From Ilumatobacteraceae bacterium (GTDB lineage Bacteria; Actinomycetota; Acidimicrobiia; Acidimicrobiales; Ilumatobacteraceae), in the NCBI GenBank assembly GCA_038146945.1, contig JAYQSR010000015.1, positions 12,205 to 76,204 of the forward strand: 64,000 bases of DNA, given 5' to 3'. Numbering within the stretch: the stretch's first letter is position 1; every line of letters begins with the position of its first letter. Below are positions 28,865-41,000 of this stretch, piece after piece. The position numbers were made by a program, and so were the translations under genes. The notes below the pieces were generated by a model that saw only the letters and a program-made list of their open reading frames with translations, was not told where the DNA came from and ran no database searches.

Positions 28865-29680
28865 ATGACTCTCCTCACCGAGGACCTCGCGCTGGCCCTG
28901 CGCGCCGCCGACATCGCCGACGAGCTCAGTCTGCCCGGGTTTCAACGACGCGGGTTCACGGTGGAGCGCAAAGCCGACAGGAGCGAGGTCACCGAACTGG
29001 ATCGCAATACCGAATCGGCCATCAGTGACGTGCTGCGAAACGAACGGCCCGACTACTCGCTGTACGGCGAGGAGCACGGCGTGATTGGTCCGACCGACTC
29101 GCCGTTCCAATGGGTCATTGATCCGATCGATGGCACGAGCAACTTCGTGCGCGGAGTTCCGGTGTGGGCCACCCTCATCGCATTGGTGCACGGCGATGAC
29201 CCGGTGCTCGGCGTGGTGTCGGCTCCTGCCCTCGGTATGCGCTGGTGGGCGGCACGCGGGCTCGGTGCGCACCACATCATCGGTGGCATTCCCAGCACAC
29301 AGAACACGGCGGTTCAACCGCTTCGCGTAAGTGATGTGAGCGAACTGCGTCGCGCAAGTGCGAGCATCACGGTGACCGAGTCGTGGCATGCGGCAAACAA
29401 GACCCAACAACTCGACTCACTGCAACGCAACGTTGGGCGGCTGCGCAATTACGGCGACTTTTGGCAACACATGTTGGTTGCACAGGGTGCGGTTGACTTC
29501 GCCATCGACGCGATCGGGCTCGGACCATACGACATCGCGGCAATTGCCGCAATCGTGACCGAGGCTGGCGGCACGTGGACCAACCGCCACGGTGACGGCG
29601 AATGGCGATCGGACTCGCTCATCACGAGCAACGGTCGCCTCCATGGCGCCGTACTTGGCGCGCTTGGAAGCGACCGTTAA
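28865..29680 (+). CDS. Inositol monophosphatase family protein (possibly HisN-type histidinol-phosphatase)
   Basis: ..VTELDRNTE.., ..WVIDPIDGTSNFVRGVP.., ..LRNYGDFW.. are IMPase-fold motifs. Confidence 0.75.
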   Translation: MTLLTEDLALALRAADIADELSLPGFQRRGFTVERKADRSEVTELDRNTESAISDVLRNERPDYSLYGEEHGVIGPTDSPFQWVIDPIDGTSNFVRGVPVWATLIALVHGDDPVLGVVSAPALGMRWWAARGLGAHHIIGGIPSTQNTAVQPLRVSDVSELRRASASITVTESWHAANKTQQLDSLQRNVGRLRNYGDFWQHMLVAQGAVDFAIDAIGLGPYDIAAIAAIVTEAGGTWTNRHGDGEWRSDSLITSNGRLHGAVLGALGSDR

Positions 29681-29734
29681 CTCAGATTCGTTGTCTGTTC
29701 CGCGTCAGCGGGACGTTGTTGGCAGAATTCTGCG

Positions 29735-31716
<1,982 letters not shown>

Positions 31717-31780
31717 GTTGTTTCCTTTTCGTGCAGGTTTCCCAGGCGGGAAACGGGCTATCTAATGCCCTGAAAAGCGG

Positions 31781-31807
31781 TTAGCACTCTCCACGGGCGA
31801 GTGCTAA
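31781..31807. promoter_or_regulatory. CIRCE operator (HrcA binding site) upstream of groES
   Basis: TTAGCACTC-TCCACGGGC-GAGTGCTAA is a perfect match to the consensus TTAGCACTC-N9-GAGTGCTAA, 65 nt upstream of the groES ATG. Confidence 0.9.
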
Positions 31808-31848
31808 TGCTAGGGGTGAGGCGGGCGGGGCGACAACCCGAGCCTGCG

Positions 31849-32424
31849 TTACCGATCCGACGAGCGTCCGAGCAGCCCTTCCACCAAACGAACGGGAAGA
31901 CCCACCACCGTCGTGAGGTGACCTGTGACGCGCTCCACAAACATCGCTGCCTCGCCTTGTACGGCGTACCCCCCTGCTTTGTCGAGCGACTCCCCGGTCG
32001 TGAGGTATCGCTCGAGTAGGTCGGCGTCGATGGGGTGCATGGCGACGGCGGCCGAGTCGAGTTCCGTGCGGTGGGTGCCACCCTGGGCAACGCACACCGC
32101 CGTGTGCACCATATGCGTGCGGCCGGAGAGTCGACGCAGCATCGTGCGTGCATGATCGGTGTCGGTCGGCGTTCCGAAGATTTCACCGTCGACATCCACC
32201 GTGGTGTCGGCACCCAGTACCAACGTGTCGACGGGGTAACGGCCCGCCACCGCCAGACACTTCGCCGTTGCCAGGCGCATCACCAACTCGCGCGGAGTCT
32301 CATCGGGAAGCGGAGCTTCATCGATATCGGCAGAGTCCACCACGAATGGCACACCCATCTGCGTGAGGATGTCGGCTCGTCGCGGCGAGCGCGAGGCGAG
32401 CACCAGCGGTGGGCGACCGTTCAT
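31849..32424 (-). CDS. maf: Maf-family nucleoside-triphosphate pyrophosphatase
   Basis: ..LVLASRSPRRADILTQMGVPF..GADTTVDVDGEIFGTP..KAGGYAVQG.. Confidence 0.85.
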   Translation of the reverse strand: MNGRPPLVLASRSPRRADILTQMGVPFVVDSADIDEAPLPDETPRELVMRLATAKCLAVAGRYPVDTLVLGADTTVDVDGEIFGTPTDTDHARTMLRRLSGRTHMVHTAVCVAQGGTHRTELDSAAVAMHPIDADLLERYLTTGESLDKAGGYAVQGEAAMFVERVTGHLTTVVGLPVRLVEGLLGRSSDR

Positions 32425-32440
32425 TGCGCGAGTTGCAGCG

Positions 32441-33646
32441 TCATCCGCCGCTCATGGTGGTGAGCATCGCGTCGTCGGGCACTTGCAGGTCATCAAGGTG
32501 GTCCAAGTAGCCGTGCGGCAACACCACGTTGATCGGTCCGTTGGTGTGGCCGCGTGGCAAACGCTCTCCCCCGGCAACGAGTGCCAACGAGTGGTCGAGT
32601 GATGCCGCGAGTGCACGTACGTCGTCGAGCGTCGACACCTCCGCGAATTGACGCCGTACGTCCGGGCCCACGGGGTACCCCGTGAGATACCAACCACAGT
32701 GTTTGCGGAACTCGCGAATGCCCTTGGTGTCGTCGTTGCGGCCATTGTCGCGATGATGCTGCATGAGCGCATCGGCGTGCGAGATCATGACACCGAGCAC
32801 CTCCCCGAGCAAGGGTGATGGTTGCACGGATTGCCCGTTGAATGCATCCACCAAATCGCGAAAGAGCCACGGTTTACCCAGGCAACCTCGGCCGATCACC
32901 ACACCGTCGCAACCGGTTTCTTGCATCATCCGCATTGCATCGTCGGCACACCAGATGTCGCCATTGCCAAGCACGGGAATGCCATCCACCTGTTGCTTGA
33001 GTTGAGCGATTGCCTCCCACCGTGCACTCGGTGCGTAGTGCTGCTGAGCGGTTCGTGCGTGCAATGCAATAGTGACTGCCCCGGCGTCGCGACAGATCTT
33101 GCCGGTGTCGATGAAGGTCATCAGTTCCTCGTTGATTCCCATGCGGAATTTGCAGGTGATCGGGATGCCGTAGCGACTCCCCGCACGCACTGCTGCGCGA
33201 ACGATTTCCGACAACAGGTTCTTCTTCAACGGCACGGCAGCGCCACCGCCCTTGCGCGTGACCTTCGCGGCCGGACAACCGAAATTCAGGTCGATGTGAT
33301 CGACCAGGTTCTCACTCCCCAAGATCTCCACGGCCCGCTCCACGATGACGGGGTCGCTGCCGTACAACTGCATGCTGCGAAAGTGCTCGTCCGGCGCGAA
33401 GGTGACCATCGATCGCGTGCGGGAGTTGCCGTACACCAGTGCCGCAGCCATGATCATTTCGTTCACGTACACCAGACCGGGACCAAAACTTCGACACAAC
33501 GAACGAAAGGGGGCGTTGGTTACTCCGGCCATCGGCGCCAGCACCACGGGTGGCCACACGTCGATTCCGCGTCCAGGGGTCCCGTCGGTGGTGGTGCCAC
33601 GAATGGCCAGTGGCTTCAGCGCTGCCGTTGGCGCGGCTGCGCTCAT
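32441..33646 (-). CDS. dus: tRNA-dihydrouridine synthase
   Basis: ..VVLAPMAGVTNAPFRSLC.., ..IDLNFGCPAAKV.., ..VTCKFRMG.., ..ALHARTAQQHY.. Confidence 0.85.
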   Translation of the reverse strand: MSAAAPTAALKPLAIRGTTTDGTPGRGIDVWPPVVLAPMAGVTNAPFRSLCRSFGPGLVYVNEMIMAAALVYGNSRTRSMVTFAPDEHFRSMQLYGSDPVIVERAVEILGSENLVDHIDLNFGCPAAKVTRKGGGAAVPLKKNLLSEIVRAAVRAGSRYGIPITCKFRMGINEELMTFIDTGKICRDAGAVTIALHARTAQQHYAPSARWEAIAQLKQQVDGIPVLGNGDIWCADDAMRMMQETGCDGVVIGRGCLGKPWLFRDLVDAFNGQSVQPSPLLGEVLGVMISHADALMQHHRDNGRNDDTKGIREFRKHCGWYLTGYPVGPDVRRQFAEVSTLDDVRALAASLDHSLALVAGGERLPRGHTNGPINVVLPHGYLDHLDDLQVPDDAMLTTMSGG

Positions 33647-34725
33647 CGTTGCCCCGCCCCAAGTTTGAGGTTCGGGTTCGCGCCGGCGTCCAACGCCATA
33701 ACCTCACCGCGACGCAGGCGATACCAACCGGCGCTCGCAATCATCGCAGCGTTGTCCGTGCACATCTCCCGTGACGGTAACACCACGGGGATTCCGTCAG
33801 ATTTCCCTGCCTTCGTCATCTCGCTGCGCAACAGTGAATTGGCGGCGACACCGCCCCCGAGTGCGATGGTGTTGGCGCCGATGAGTGATGCGGCGCGGCG
33901 GGCCTTGTGCACCAGCACGTCCACCACTGCTCGCTGGAACGAGGCAGCGACGTCGTCGCTCGAAACGTGAGGATTCGCGCGCACGTAATTGATGACCGCA
34001 GTCTTCAGCCCACTGAACGAAACGTCGAGACCATCGTTCAGCATCGCACGAGGCAGTGCAATGGCGGTGTCCTTGCCGCGGGTCGCTGCCTTGTCGATCG
34101 CAGGGCCTCCGGGATACGACAGTCCCAGGAAGCGCGCCACCTTGTCGAAGGCCTCGCCGGCGGCATCGTCGATGGTCTGCCCAATGACTCGATACGAGTC
34201 GTGGCCGGTCATCTCCACCAGCAATGTGTGACCACCCGACACCAATACGAACAACATCGGAAACCGGGCATTGGGTTCGTCAAGTAGTGCCGCGTAGAGA
34301 TGGGCTTCGAGATGATTCACACCGACGAATGGCACGTCCAACGCCAGCGCGGTGGCCTTCGCCGCGGATACCCCCACCAACAACGCTCCAACCAGTCCCG
34401 GTCCAATGGTTGCCGCCACTGCATCCACTCGGGAGACGTCGATGTTGGCTCGCTCCAATGCTTCGGCGACCACCTGGGGCAGGGTTTCCAGATGTGCACG
34501 ACTCGCAATCTCGGGCACCACTCCTCCGAAGCGCGCGTGTTCGTCGAGCTGGCTTGCCACCACCGACGACAGCACATCGGTGCCACCCATCACCACGGCG
34601 GCTGCGGTCTCGTCACAGCTGGTCTCGATACCGAGCACGATCGTTGACGTGTCCACGGTGGACGCATTCCCGTCTGAAACTCCCACCGAGGCGACAACCG
34701 ATCGAGTGGTACTCCCGGAAGTCAT
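33643..34725 (-). CDS. tsaD: tRNA N6-adenosine threonylcarbamoyltransferase TsaD
   Basis: ORF 33643..34797; the ATG at 34725 overlaps the rimI stop (ATGA). ..VLGIETSCDETAAAVV.., ..VNHLEAHL.., ..GGVAANS.. Confidence 0.9.
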   Translation of the reverse strand: MTSGSTTRSVVASVGVSDGNASTVDTSTIVLGIETSCDETAAAVVMGGTDVLSSVVASQLDEHARFGGVVPEIASRAHLETLPQVVAEALERANIDVSRVDAVAATIGPGLVGALLVGVSAAKATALALDVPFVGVNHLEAHLYAALLDEPNARFPMLFVLVSGGHTLLVEMTGHDSYRVIGQTIDDAAGEAFDKVARFLGLSYPGGPAIDKAATRGKDTAIALPRAMLNDGLDVSFSGLKTAVINYVRANPHVSSDDVAASFQRAVVDVLVHKARRAASLIGANTIALGGGVAANSLLRSEMTKAGKSDGIPVVLPSREMCTDNAAMIASAGWYRLRRGEVMALDAGANPNLKLGAGQR

Positions 34726-35276
34726 GATGCGTTCCGTTCTGCTTCGATTGCCTGCAACCGGCGTTCGAAGTCGGCACCCTGAATGTCGGTACACCACATG
34801 ACGATTGCATCGTCACGATTTTCGTAGTACTTGGCTCGCACGCCCACCGGCACGAATCCAAACCTTCGGTACAGCGACTGAGCCGACACGTTTGATTCGC
34901 GCACCTCGAGCGTGAGCGACTCCATTCCCGCTCGTCGCGCCTCCCACGACAAATCCAGCATGAGCTCGGTTGCGATTCCCCGTCGGCGCATCGCGACGGC
35001 CACCGCCACGTTGGTGATGTGGGCGGCGGTATCCATGTAGATCATTCCGCCGTATCCCACGACCCGACCACCCAGGATGGCAACCAGATAGTGCCGCGAC
35101 CCTCGAGTCTGCATGGCCAACTCATCCTGAAATACGCCAACGGTCCACGGCTGCGGATAGGCGGTCGCCTCGATTTCCATCACCTGCGGCAGATGGGATC
35201 GTCGCATCGGTTCGATGACCAAGGCATCTTCGTCGGCAGGCTGCTTTCGACCCAGCCAGCGACTCAGCACGCTCAT
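34722..35276 (-). CDS. rimI: Ribosomal-protein-alanine N-acetyltransferase RimI
   Basis: ORF 34722..35528; ATG at 35276 (MSVLSRW..). GNAT core ..AVAVAMRRRGIATELM..LEVRESNVSAQSLYRRFGF.. in the tsaB-rimI-tsaD context. Confidence 0.85.
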   Translation of the reverse strand: MSVLSRWLGRKQPADEDALVIEPMRRSHLPQVMEIEATAYPQPWTVGVFQDELAMQTRGSRHYLVAILGGRVVGYGGMIYMDTAAHITNVAVAVAMRRRGIATELMLDLSWEARRAGMESLTLEVRESNVSAQSLYRRFGFVPVGVRAKYYENRDDAIVMWCTDIQGADFERRLQAIEAERNAS

Positions 35277-35292
35277 ACGTTGCCCTGCCGAA

Positions 35293-36015
35293 TCATGCAC
35301 TGCTCCGCGTCGTCCAGTTGATCTCGGCATCGGCCTCACGCAAGTAGAGCGCCTCGGCTCGTGGTGCACGACGTGCACCGCCGTCGAGGTGCAACGCTCG
35401 GTCGTGACCGATGAACGCAACGTGTCGAGCGATCGGCCAATCCAACGTTTCGTCCCCGAACGACACGTTCCACGAGTGCGGCCCCAATCCCGCGACGATG
35501 TCGTCTCGATGACGTCGCGCGAAGTCACCCACGAACAAACAATGCTGTCCTCGCTCTCGCACGCCAGCGAGGAGGTCGTCCAGTCCTCCTACTCGTGGTG
35601 CAAGCACACGCCCCGACACGTTCGAATGCATCGCCCAAGCCACTTCCCGACGACGCGCATCGATGGTTGGAACGATGACCTCCGCCTGCTCGGCGACGGC
35701 TCCCGGTATTGCGGCGACCAGCGCCTCCAACCCGTCGACACCGACGAGCGGAATCGACAGCGCGAATGCCAGTGCCTGCGCCGATGCGATTCCAACCCGC
35801 ATCCCGGTGAACAAGCCCGGCCCCACATCCACGGCCACCGCGTCGAGATCGGCGAACGACAATCCGGCCCGCTTCACCACGAAGTCGATCATCGGCGTGA
35901 GATCCTCGGCATGTCGACGATCACTTCGCAACTCACTCGATGCCAGCACCGTGGCACCATCGACCACGGCAACACTCACCATCGTGGTTGCGGTATCGAT
36001 CCCCAGCACGATCAT
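35293..36015 (-). CDS. tsaB: tRNA threonylcarbamoyladenosine biosynthesis protein TsaB
   Basis: Begins MIVLGIDTATTMVSVAVVDG.. at ATG 36015, which overlaps the corrected tsaE stop (ATGA). ..VAVDVGPGLFTGMRVG.. Confidence 0.85.
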   Translation of the reverse strand: MIVLGIDTATTMVSVAVVDGATVLASSELRSDRRHAEDLTPMIDFVVKRAGLSFADLDAVAVDVGPGLFTGMRVGIASAQALAFALSIPLVGVDGLEALVAAIPGAVAEQAEVIVPTIDARRREVAWAMHSNVSGRVLAPRVGGLDDLLAGVRERGQHCLFVGDFARRHRDDIVAGLGPHSWNVSFGDETLDWPIARHVAFIGHDRALHLDGGARRAPRAEALYLREADAEINWTTRSSA

Positions 36016-36498
36016 GTGGGGGTACCGACCTGCAGGCGGTCCGAGAGCCGAACGAATCTGGCCTCCCAGTTCGAACCTCGCCACGACACGGTGACGGTGC
36101 GTGCATCGCCTGCAGCGTGTTCGAAGCCGACCACCAAGGCATCGTCGAACGCGTCCGGCACCAGGTCCCCCCCACTCCACCACCAACACCGCGCCGCGCC
36201 GACGGGCGTCGTCCAGTGCCAAGTCGTCCAATTCTCCCGTGCGCTCGAGTCGGTACAAATCGCAGTGCACCACGGTGAGCCGGCCACCAACGTATTCGTG
36301 CACCAAACTGAACGTCGGCGAGGTGACCGTCTCGGTGATGCCGAGGGCCGCGCACAGCGCCTTGGTGAACGTGGTCTTGCCGGCACCAAGGTCGCCGGTC
36401 AGCAGCAACACATCCCGGGGACGAAGCTCCGCGGCAATCACCCGTGCAATACGAGTCGTGTCGTCCACGGTGGTTACCGACAACGTGCTCTTCATCAT
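36012..36498 (-). CDS. tsaE: tRNA t6A ATPase TsaE, frameshift in a C7 run as assembled
   Basis: ..LLLTGDLGAGKTTFTKAL..SPTFSLVHEY..HCDLYRL..VVEWG. The conserved end (DLVPDAFDDALVVGFE..TVTVSWRGSNWEARF..) then continues in the frame of ORF 36012..36389. The switch is at the 7-C homopolymer 36167-36173. Confidence 0.8.
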
Positions 36499-37634
36499 GC
36501 GTGGTCACCCACGTACGTTCTTGGAACACGGGCGGACACCGCGCACACCACCTCATAGGTGATCGTTCCGAGCGCCGACGCCCAGTCCTCCACCCTGATC
36601 TTGTCGGCACCTTGCGCACCGAACAGCACTGCTTCATCGCCGATGGAAACGGCATCGTCTCCACAATCGACCATCATCTGGTCCATCGTCACGACACCCA
36701 CGATTCGCCGCCGTCTTCCGCCAACCAGCACCTCGGCGCTCGTTTGCCACGCACGTCGCGCAATGCCGTCGGCGTAGCCCAACGGCAAGGTGGCGATGGT
36801 GGCGTCGCGTTCCAATACGGCACGAAGCCCGTAGCTCACACCCTCCCCCGCAGGCACTCGTTGTACGTGCGAAACCTGCGTGCGCAGTGTCATGACGGGC
36901 ACGAGTTCGGCCATCAACGACGCATCAAGTTCGCCGGGATTCAATCCGTACATCGCTATTCCGGTGCGCATGATTGTGCTCTCGGGGGTCACGCCTCGCA
37001 CCGTGGCTGCGGAGTTGGCACAGTGCACGTGTCGAACCTCCGGAACGTCGGCCCGAATCTGCCGCGCGACCTTCGAGAAGAGTTCCAACTGCCGCGACGT
37101 TGCCGGGTGTGTCGGATCATCCGCGGTGGCCAGGTGCGTCATCACCCCTTCGAGTCTCAACTCCGGGAATGATGCGATGCGATGTGCGCACTCCAGCGCT
37201 GCATCGATCGAAACACCGACGCGATGCATTCCGGTATCCACCTTCAGATGCACCGTCACTCGCTTCCCCAGCCGTCGACCGGCTGCGGCGAGTGCGTCGA
37301 TGTATTGCGAGTTGTATGCCACGCAGACAACGTCGTGTTCCGCGAGCATCCCGGCATCCGACGTTGGTTGTTCGCTCATCACCATGATGGGTGCGGTGAC
37401 ACCGGCCGCGCGCAGTTCCAGAGCCTCCTGGGTGAGCGCCACACAGAAACCAGCTGCGCCAGCCGCGAGTGCTGCTCTTGCACAGGGCACGGCCCCATGC
37501 CCATAGGCATTCGCCTTCACCACCGCCCAGAGTTCGCTCGGCTGCGAGCGTTCCACGAGCAGCCTCACGTTTCCGCGCAGTGCCACGAGATCGATCTCTG
37601 CGCGAGTTGCTCTCGCCGCGATGCCGTTACCCAT
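36495..37634 (-). CDS. alr: Alanine racemase
   Basis: ORF 36495..37784; likely start MGNGIAARATRAEIDL at 37634. ..VVKANAYGHG.. is the PLP-lysine motif. Confidence 0.85.
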   Translation of the reverse strand: MGNGIAARATRAEIDLVALRGNVRLLVERSQPSELWAVVKANAYGHGAVPCARAALAAGAAGFCVALTQEALELRAAGVTAPIMVMSEQPTSDAGMLAEHDVVCVAYNSQYIDALAAAGRRLGKRVTVHLKVDTGMHRVGVSIDAALECAHRIASFPELRLEGVMTHLATADDPTHPATSRQLELFSKVARQIRADVPEVRHVHCANSAATVRGVTPESTIMRTGIAMYGLNPGELDASLMAELVPVMTLRTQVSHVQRVPAGEGVSYGLRAVLERDATIATLPLGYADGIARRAWQTSAEVLVGGRRRRIVGVVTMDQMMVDCGDDAVSIGDEAVLFGAQGADKIRVEDWASALGTITYEVVCAVSARVPRTYVGDHA

Positions 37635-37647
37635 GGCGTGCGTGCTG

Positions 37648-38013
37648 CTACTCGGCGGCAACGACTGCCACGGCGAGGTCATCCGTGTGCGAAATGGAGA
37701 CATGCCAGTTCGACACTCCTCGTTGCTGCGCCAGTTCGGCGGCTCGACCCCGCACCATGAGCGACGGTCGTCCGTTGGTCGCACTCACCACCGAAACGTC
37801 GTGAAAATCGAACGATCCGAGCCCCACCCCCAGGGCCTTCATGACGGCTTCGCGAACCGCAAAACGGGCGGCCAACACCGCCGGAGCATCGGCACGCTGT
37901 GCCGCCATCTCGCGTTCGCCATCGGTGAAGACACGCGCCGCCATTCGCGGGGAACGGGCGAGCGTTCGCGAGAAACGGGTGATGTCGACGGCATCGATCC
38001 CCAATCCGATCAT
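37648..38013 (-). CDS. acpS: Holo-[acyl-carrier-protein] synthase
   Basis: ORF 37648..38067; ATG at 38013 gives MIGLGIDAVDITRF..AARFAVREAVMKALG..VSISHTDDLAVAVV. Confidence 0.85.
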   Translation of the reverse strand: MIGLGIDAVDITRFSRTLARSPRMAARVFTDGEREMAAQRADAPAVLAARFAVREAVMKALGVGLGSFDFHDVSVVSATNGRPSLMVRGRAAELAQQRGVSNWHVSISHTDDLAVAVVAAE

Positions 38014-38048
38014 GCGAGCGTCCAATCCGTGGAAAACATGCCCAACTC

Positions 38049-41000
38049 CTAGTCGCCGGCGCGCCACATGTCGGCAGTCGACGTGATGGGCAGGATAAGT
38101 GCATCCGCCACCGACACCTCGCCCAGGCGATCCTCGCGGAATGACGTCTCGGTCTCGGTCACCGCATCCACCAAACGTTCGTAACGGTTGTCGTAACCCT
38201 TCAGCACTTGTTTCATCACACCCGCCGGCAATCGGTCGTGGAACAATACGTGCAGCAACGTGATGCCCGTGGTCTCGCTGCCCTTCGTTTCGGGAACCAG
38301 AATGACGGTGCGACTATCGCGACGTCCACGCGCCACCAACACCTCTTGTGACATCGCCACCCGGCGCTTGGTACCGCGCAATGCATTGCTGGTATCCACG
38401 CGCGACTGCAAATCACGGGCAATGCCACCACGATCCACGATCATCACCGTCGACTCCGGCGAGGCCGGATCGCCTTCGATTCGATAACGGGTGAAGCCCA
38501 CCACCGACGAAATGGCCGGATCGATGTCGGCAAGCACCTTCAATACGCCGTAGGGCAAGCGCTCGCGGGCGGCTCCGGCATTCAACACCGCCTTCACCAG
38601 CGGTCGATCCAGCAAGCCCTCCTCACTGCGCGAGATTCCGACGGTGATGGTCTTGGCTTGGTGTTTGATGGCATCGATGGGGCGGGTCAACTCGTCGATG
38701 GCACGCGTAAGTGCCGAGGTGATGTCGTCGAGTAGGGCTTCGGGCGTGGCAATCTTTCCGAAGTCGCGTTGGTACGTTTGCAGCGGATTCGGCGACATCG
38801 CCGTGCGCAGCATTCCCACCACGCGTACCGCAGTGGATGCCTCGAGGTTGCCGTCGTACGCACCGGTGGCCAACGCATCGAAGAAGCGATTGGCAACCAC
38901 GCCGATCTCGGCGTGGACCTTGTCGAGTAGTGCCGCTCCTTGACCACCACGTTCCACCGCATGCTCGACCACCTCGCGGGTTTGCCGCAGCGTGCGAGCC
39001 AGTGAATCGATGGCGAGTGCCGCCTCGTAACCGAAGAGGTGCCCGACCATCACCGACAGTACGAACGCCACCCGGTGGTCCACTGGCGGCACCTCGATGA
39101 CCGCGGCGGCGGCACCGAAGCGCTCCTCTCCTCGGGTGGCAACCACGATCGGCAAGGCCTTGTGGGCGCGATAGATCTCAATTTCCTTGGCAACGTCGGT
39201 TGCGTTCCCACCGCTCAATCCCGCCGCACACACGAAGATGAGCGGCTCGCACGACAGGTCGATGTGCTTCTTGTCCTCCGTGATGTCACATGCGATCGAT
39301 TTGTAACACAGTTCGCTGAGTTTGATCCGCACTTCCTCTGCCGCAACTGCATTGGCGCCGTTGCCCACGACGGTCCAGTAGCGACGCGAAGTGGCGAAAT
39401 TGCGCGCCGCATCTGCGATCTTGGGCTGTAGTTGCAGAACCTCCACCAATTCGGCGGGAAGCGAGCGAAGGGCGGCGAGCAATTGATGACGATCGTCCTC
39501 GCCACCGACCGTGATGACCTGTGCTATCGCACACGACACGATCGCGCCGGCGGCCACCTGGGCATAGAACGCCTTGGTGCTCGCCACGCTCATCTCCACG
39601 TCGCGACCGTCGGAGGTGTAGATGACTCCGTCTGCTTTTGCCGACAACTCACTGCCGCGTCGATTGACGATGGCCAACACACGCGCGCCGCGCGAACGCG
39701 CCAAGTCCACGGTTCGGTTGGTGTCGGTGGTGGTGCCACTCTGACTGATGGCGATGATCAGCGTGTCGCTCATGTCGAGCGCCAAACCGAATCCGGAGAG
39801 CTCCGTCGCAGGCAGCGCTTCGACACGAAGTTGGTCGTGGGTCAATTGTTTCAACAGATTGGCCAACGATCGTCCCGCGATTGCGGCCGTGCCCTGTCCG
39901 ATCACCTGCACGCGACGCAACGTGCCTGCGGCAAGTTCATCGACGATCTGCTTGGGCAACTGCGACTCATCGAGCGACACCATCAGTTGCGAGTTGCGTT
40001 CGACGATTCGACCACGCAACGTCTTGGCAAAGCTGCGCGGAGCCTCGTTGATCTCCTTGGCGAGAAAGTGGTGATGGTCTCCACGATCGATGTCACGCGT
40101 GGTCACCTCGGCCGTCAGCGTGTTACCTTCTCCAACGTTCAACGCGGTGCCGTCATAGGCCAGCAACGTGATCCCCTCCGACGCACCGGCACGCGCCCCG
40201 TCGAGCACCGCCACTTGTCCACGACTGGAGGGGCGGTCCGGATGTGCCAGCGACTCTCCATCCATACGGACGTACCGTTGCGTTTCTTCCACCAAGCCGT
40301 ATGGCTCGCTCGCCACTACGTAGCGGTTCTCTGCTAGTCCGATGCACAATCCTTGACCACTCCCCTTCAACGCGAGTAGCAAGGTGTCTGGCTCATCGGC
40401 CGACGCAACGGCGATTGCCATCGACCCATCGAACGTCGAAACCGTTTCACGGAATGCGTCGCTCAGTGTCGCGCCTTCTGCGAGCTGCCGAGACACAAGC
40501 GCTGGAATCACCTTTGCATCGGTGGTGATGGGCTGCGCCATGCGCAACTCGTGTCGAGCACGCAAGTCGGCATGATTGTCGACGTCGCCATTGAGTGCGG
40601 CAACGAGATAGGCGGTGTCACCCGACGACTCCAGTTCGTCACTGTTCACCGGATGGGCATTGGGCTCGGAAATGATGCCGACGCTCGCCCAACGCGTGTG
40701 GCCGAGTACGGCAACACGGGCGTCGGGCTGGCTCACCAGCAATCGCAGGAGATCGTCGTTCACCACGGCGTTGCGCATCACCCGGGTGTTGTCGCCCAAC
40801 TCGCCAATTTCGGCGGCCGCTTTGTACACGAACGACCACGCGTTACGCGTGACTCGAACCGCACCCGAGGTGAACAGGCTGTCGTCGTGACGGTTGCCCA
40901 ACAGCGTTGCCACACGAACGTCGTCACTACGCAAACCGTGGTTCCACACCATGACATGAACTCCGGCCGAGTCTCGACCGCGAACCTCGAGTCGATCGAT

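Noticed and set aside
35293-36498. 401-aa TsaE-TsaB fusion protein
   Set aside because: The linker is out-of-frame TsaE sequence produced by a C7 homopolymer shift. The corrected TsaE stop overlaps the tsaB ATG.
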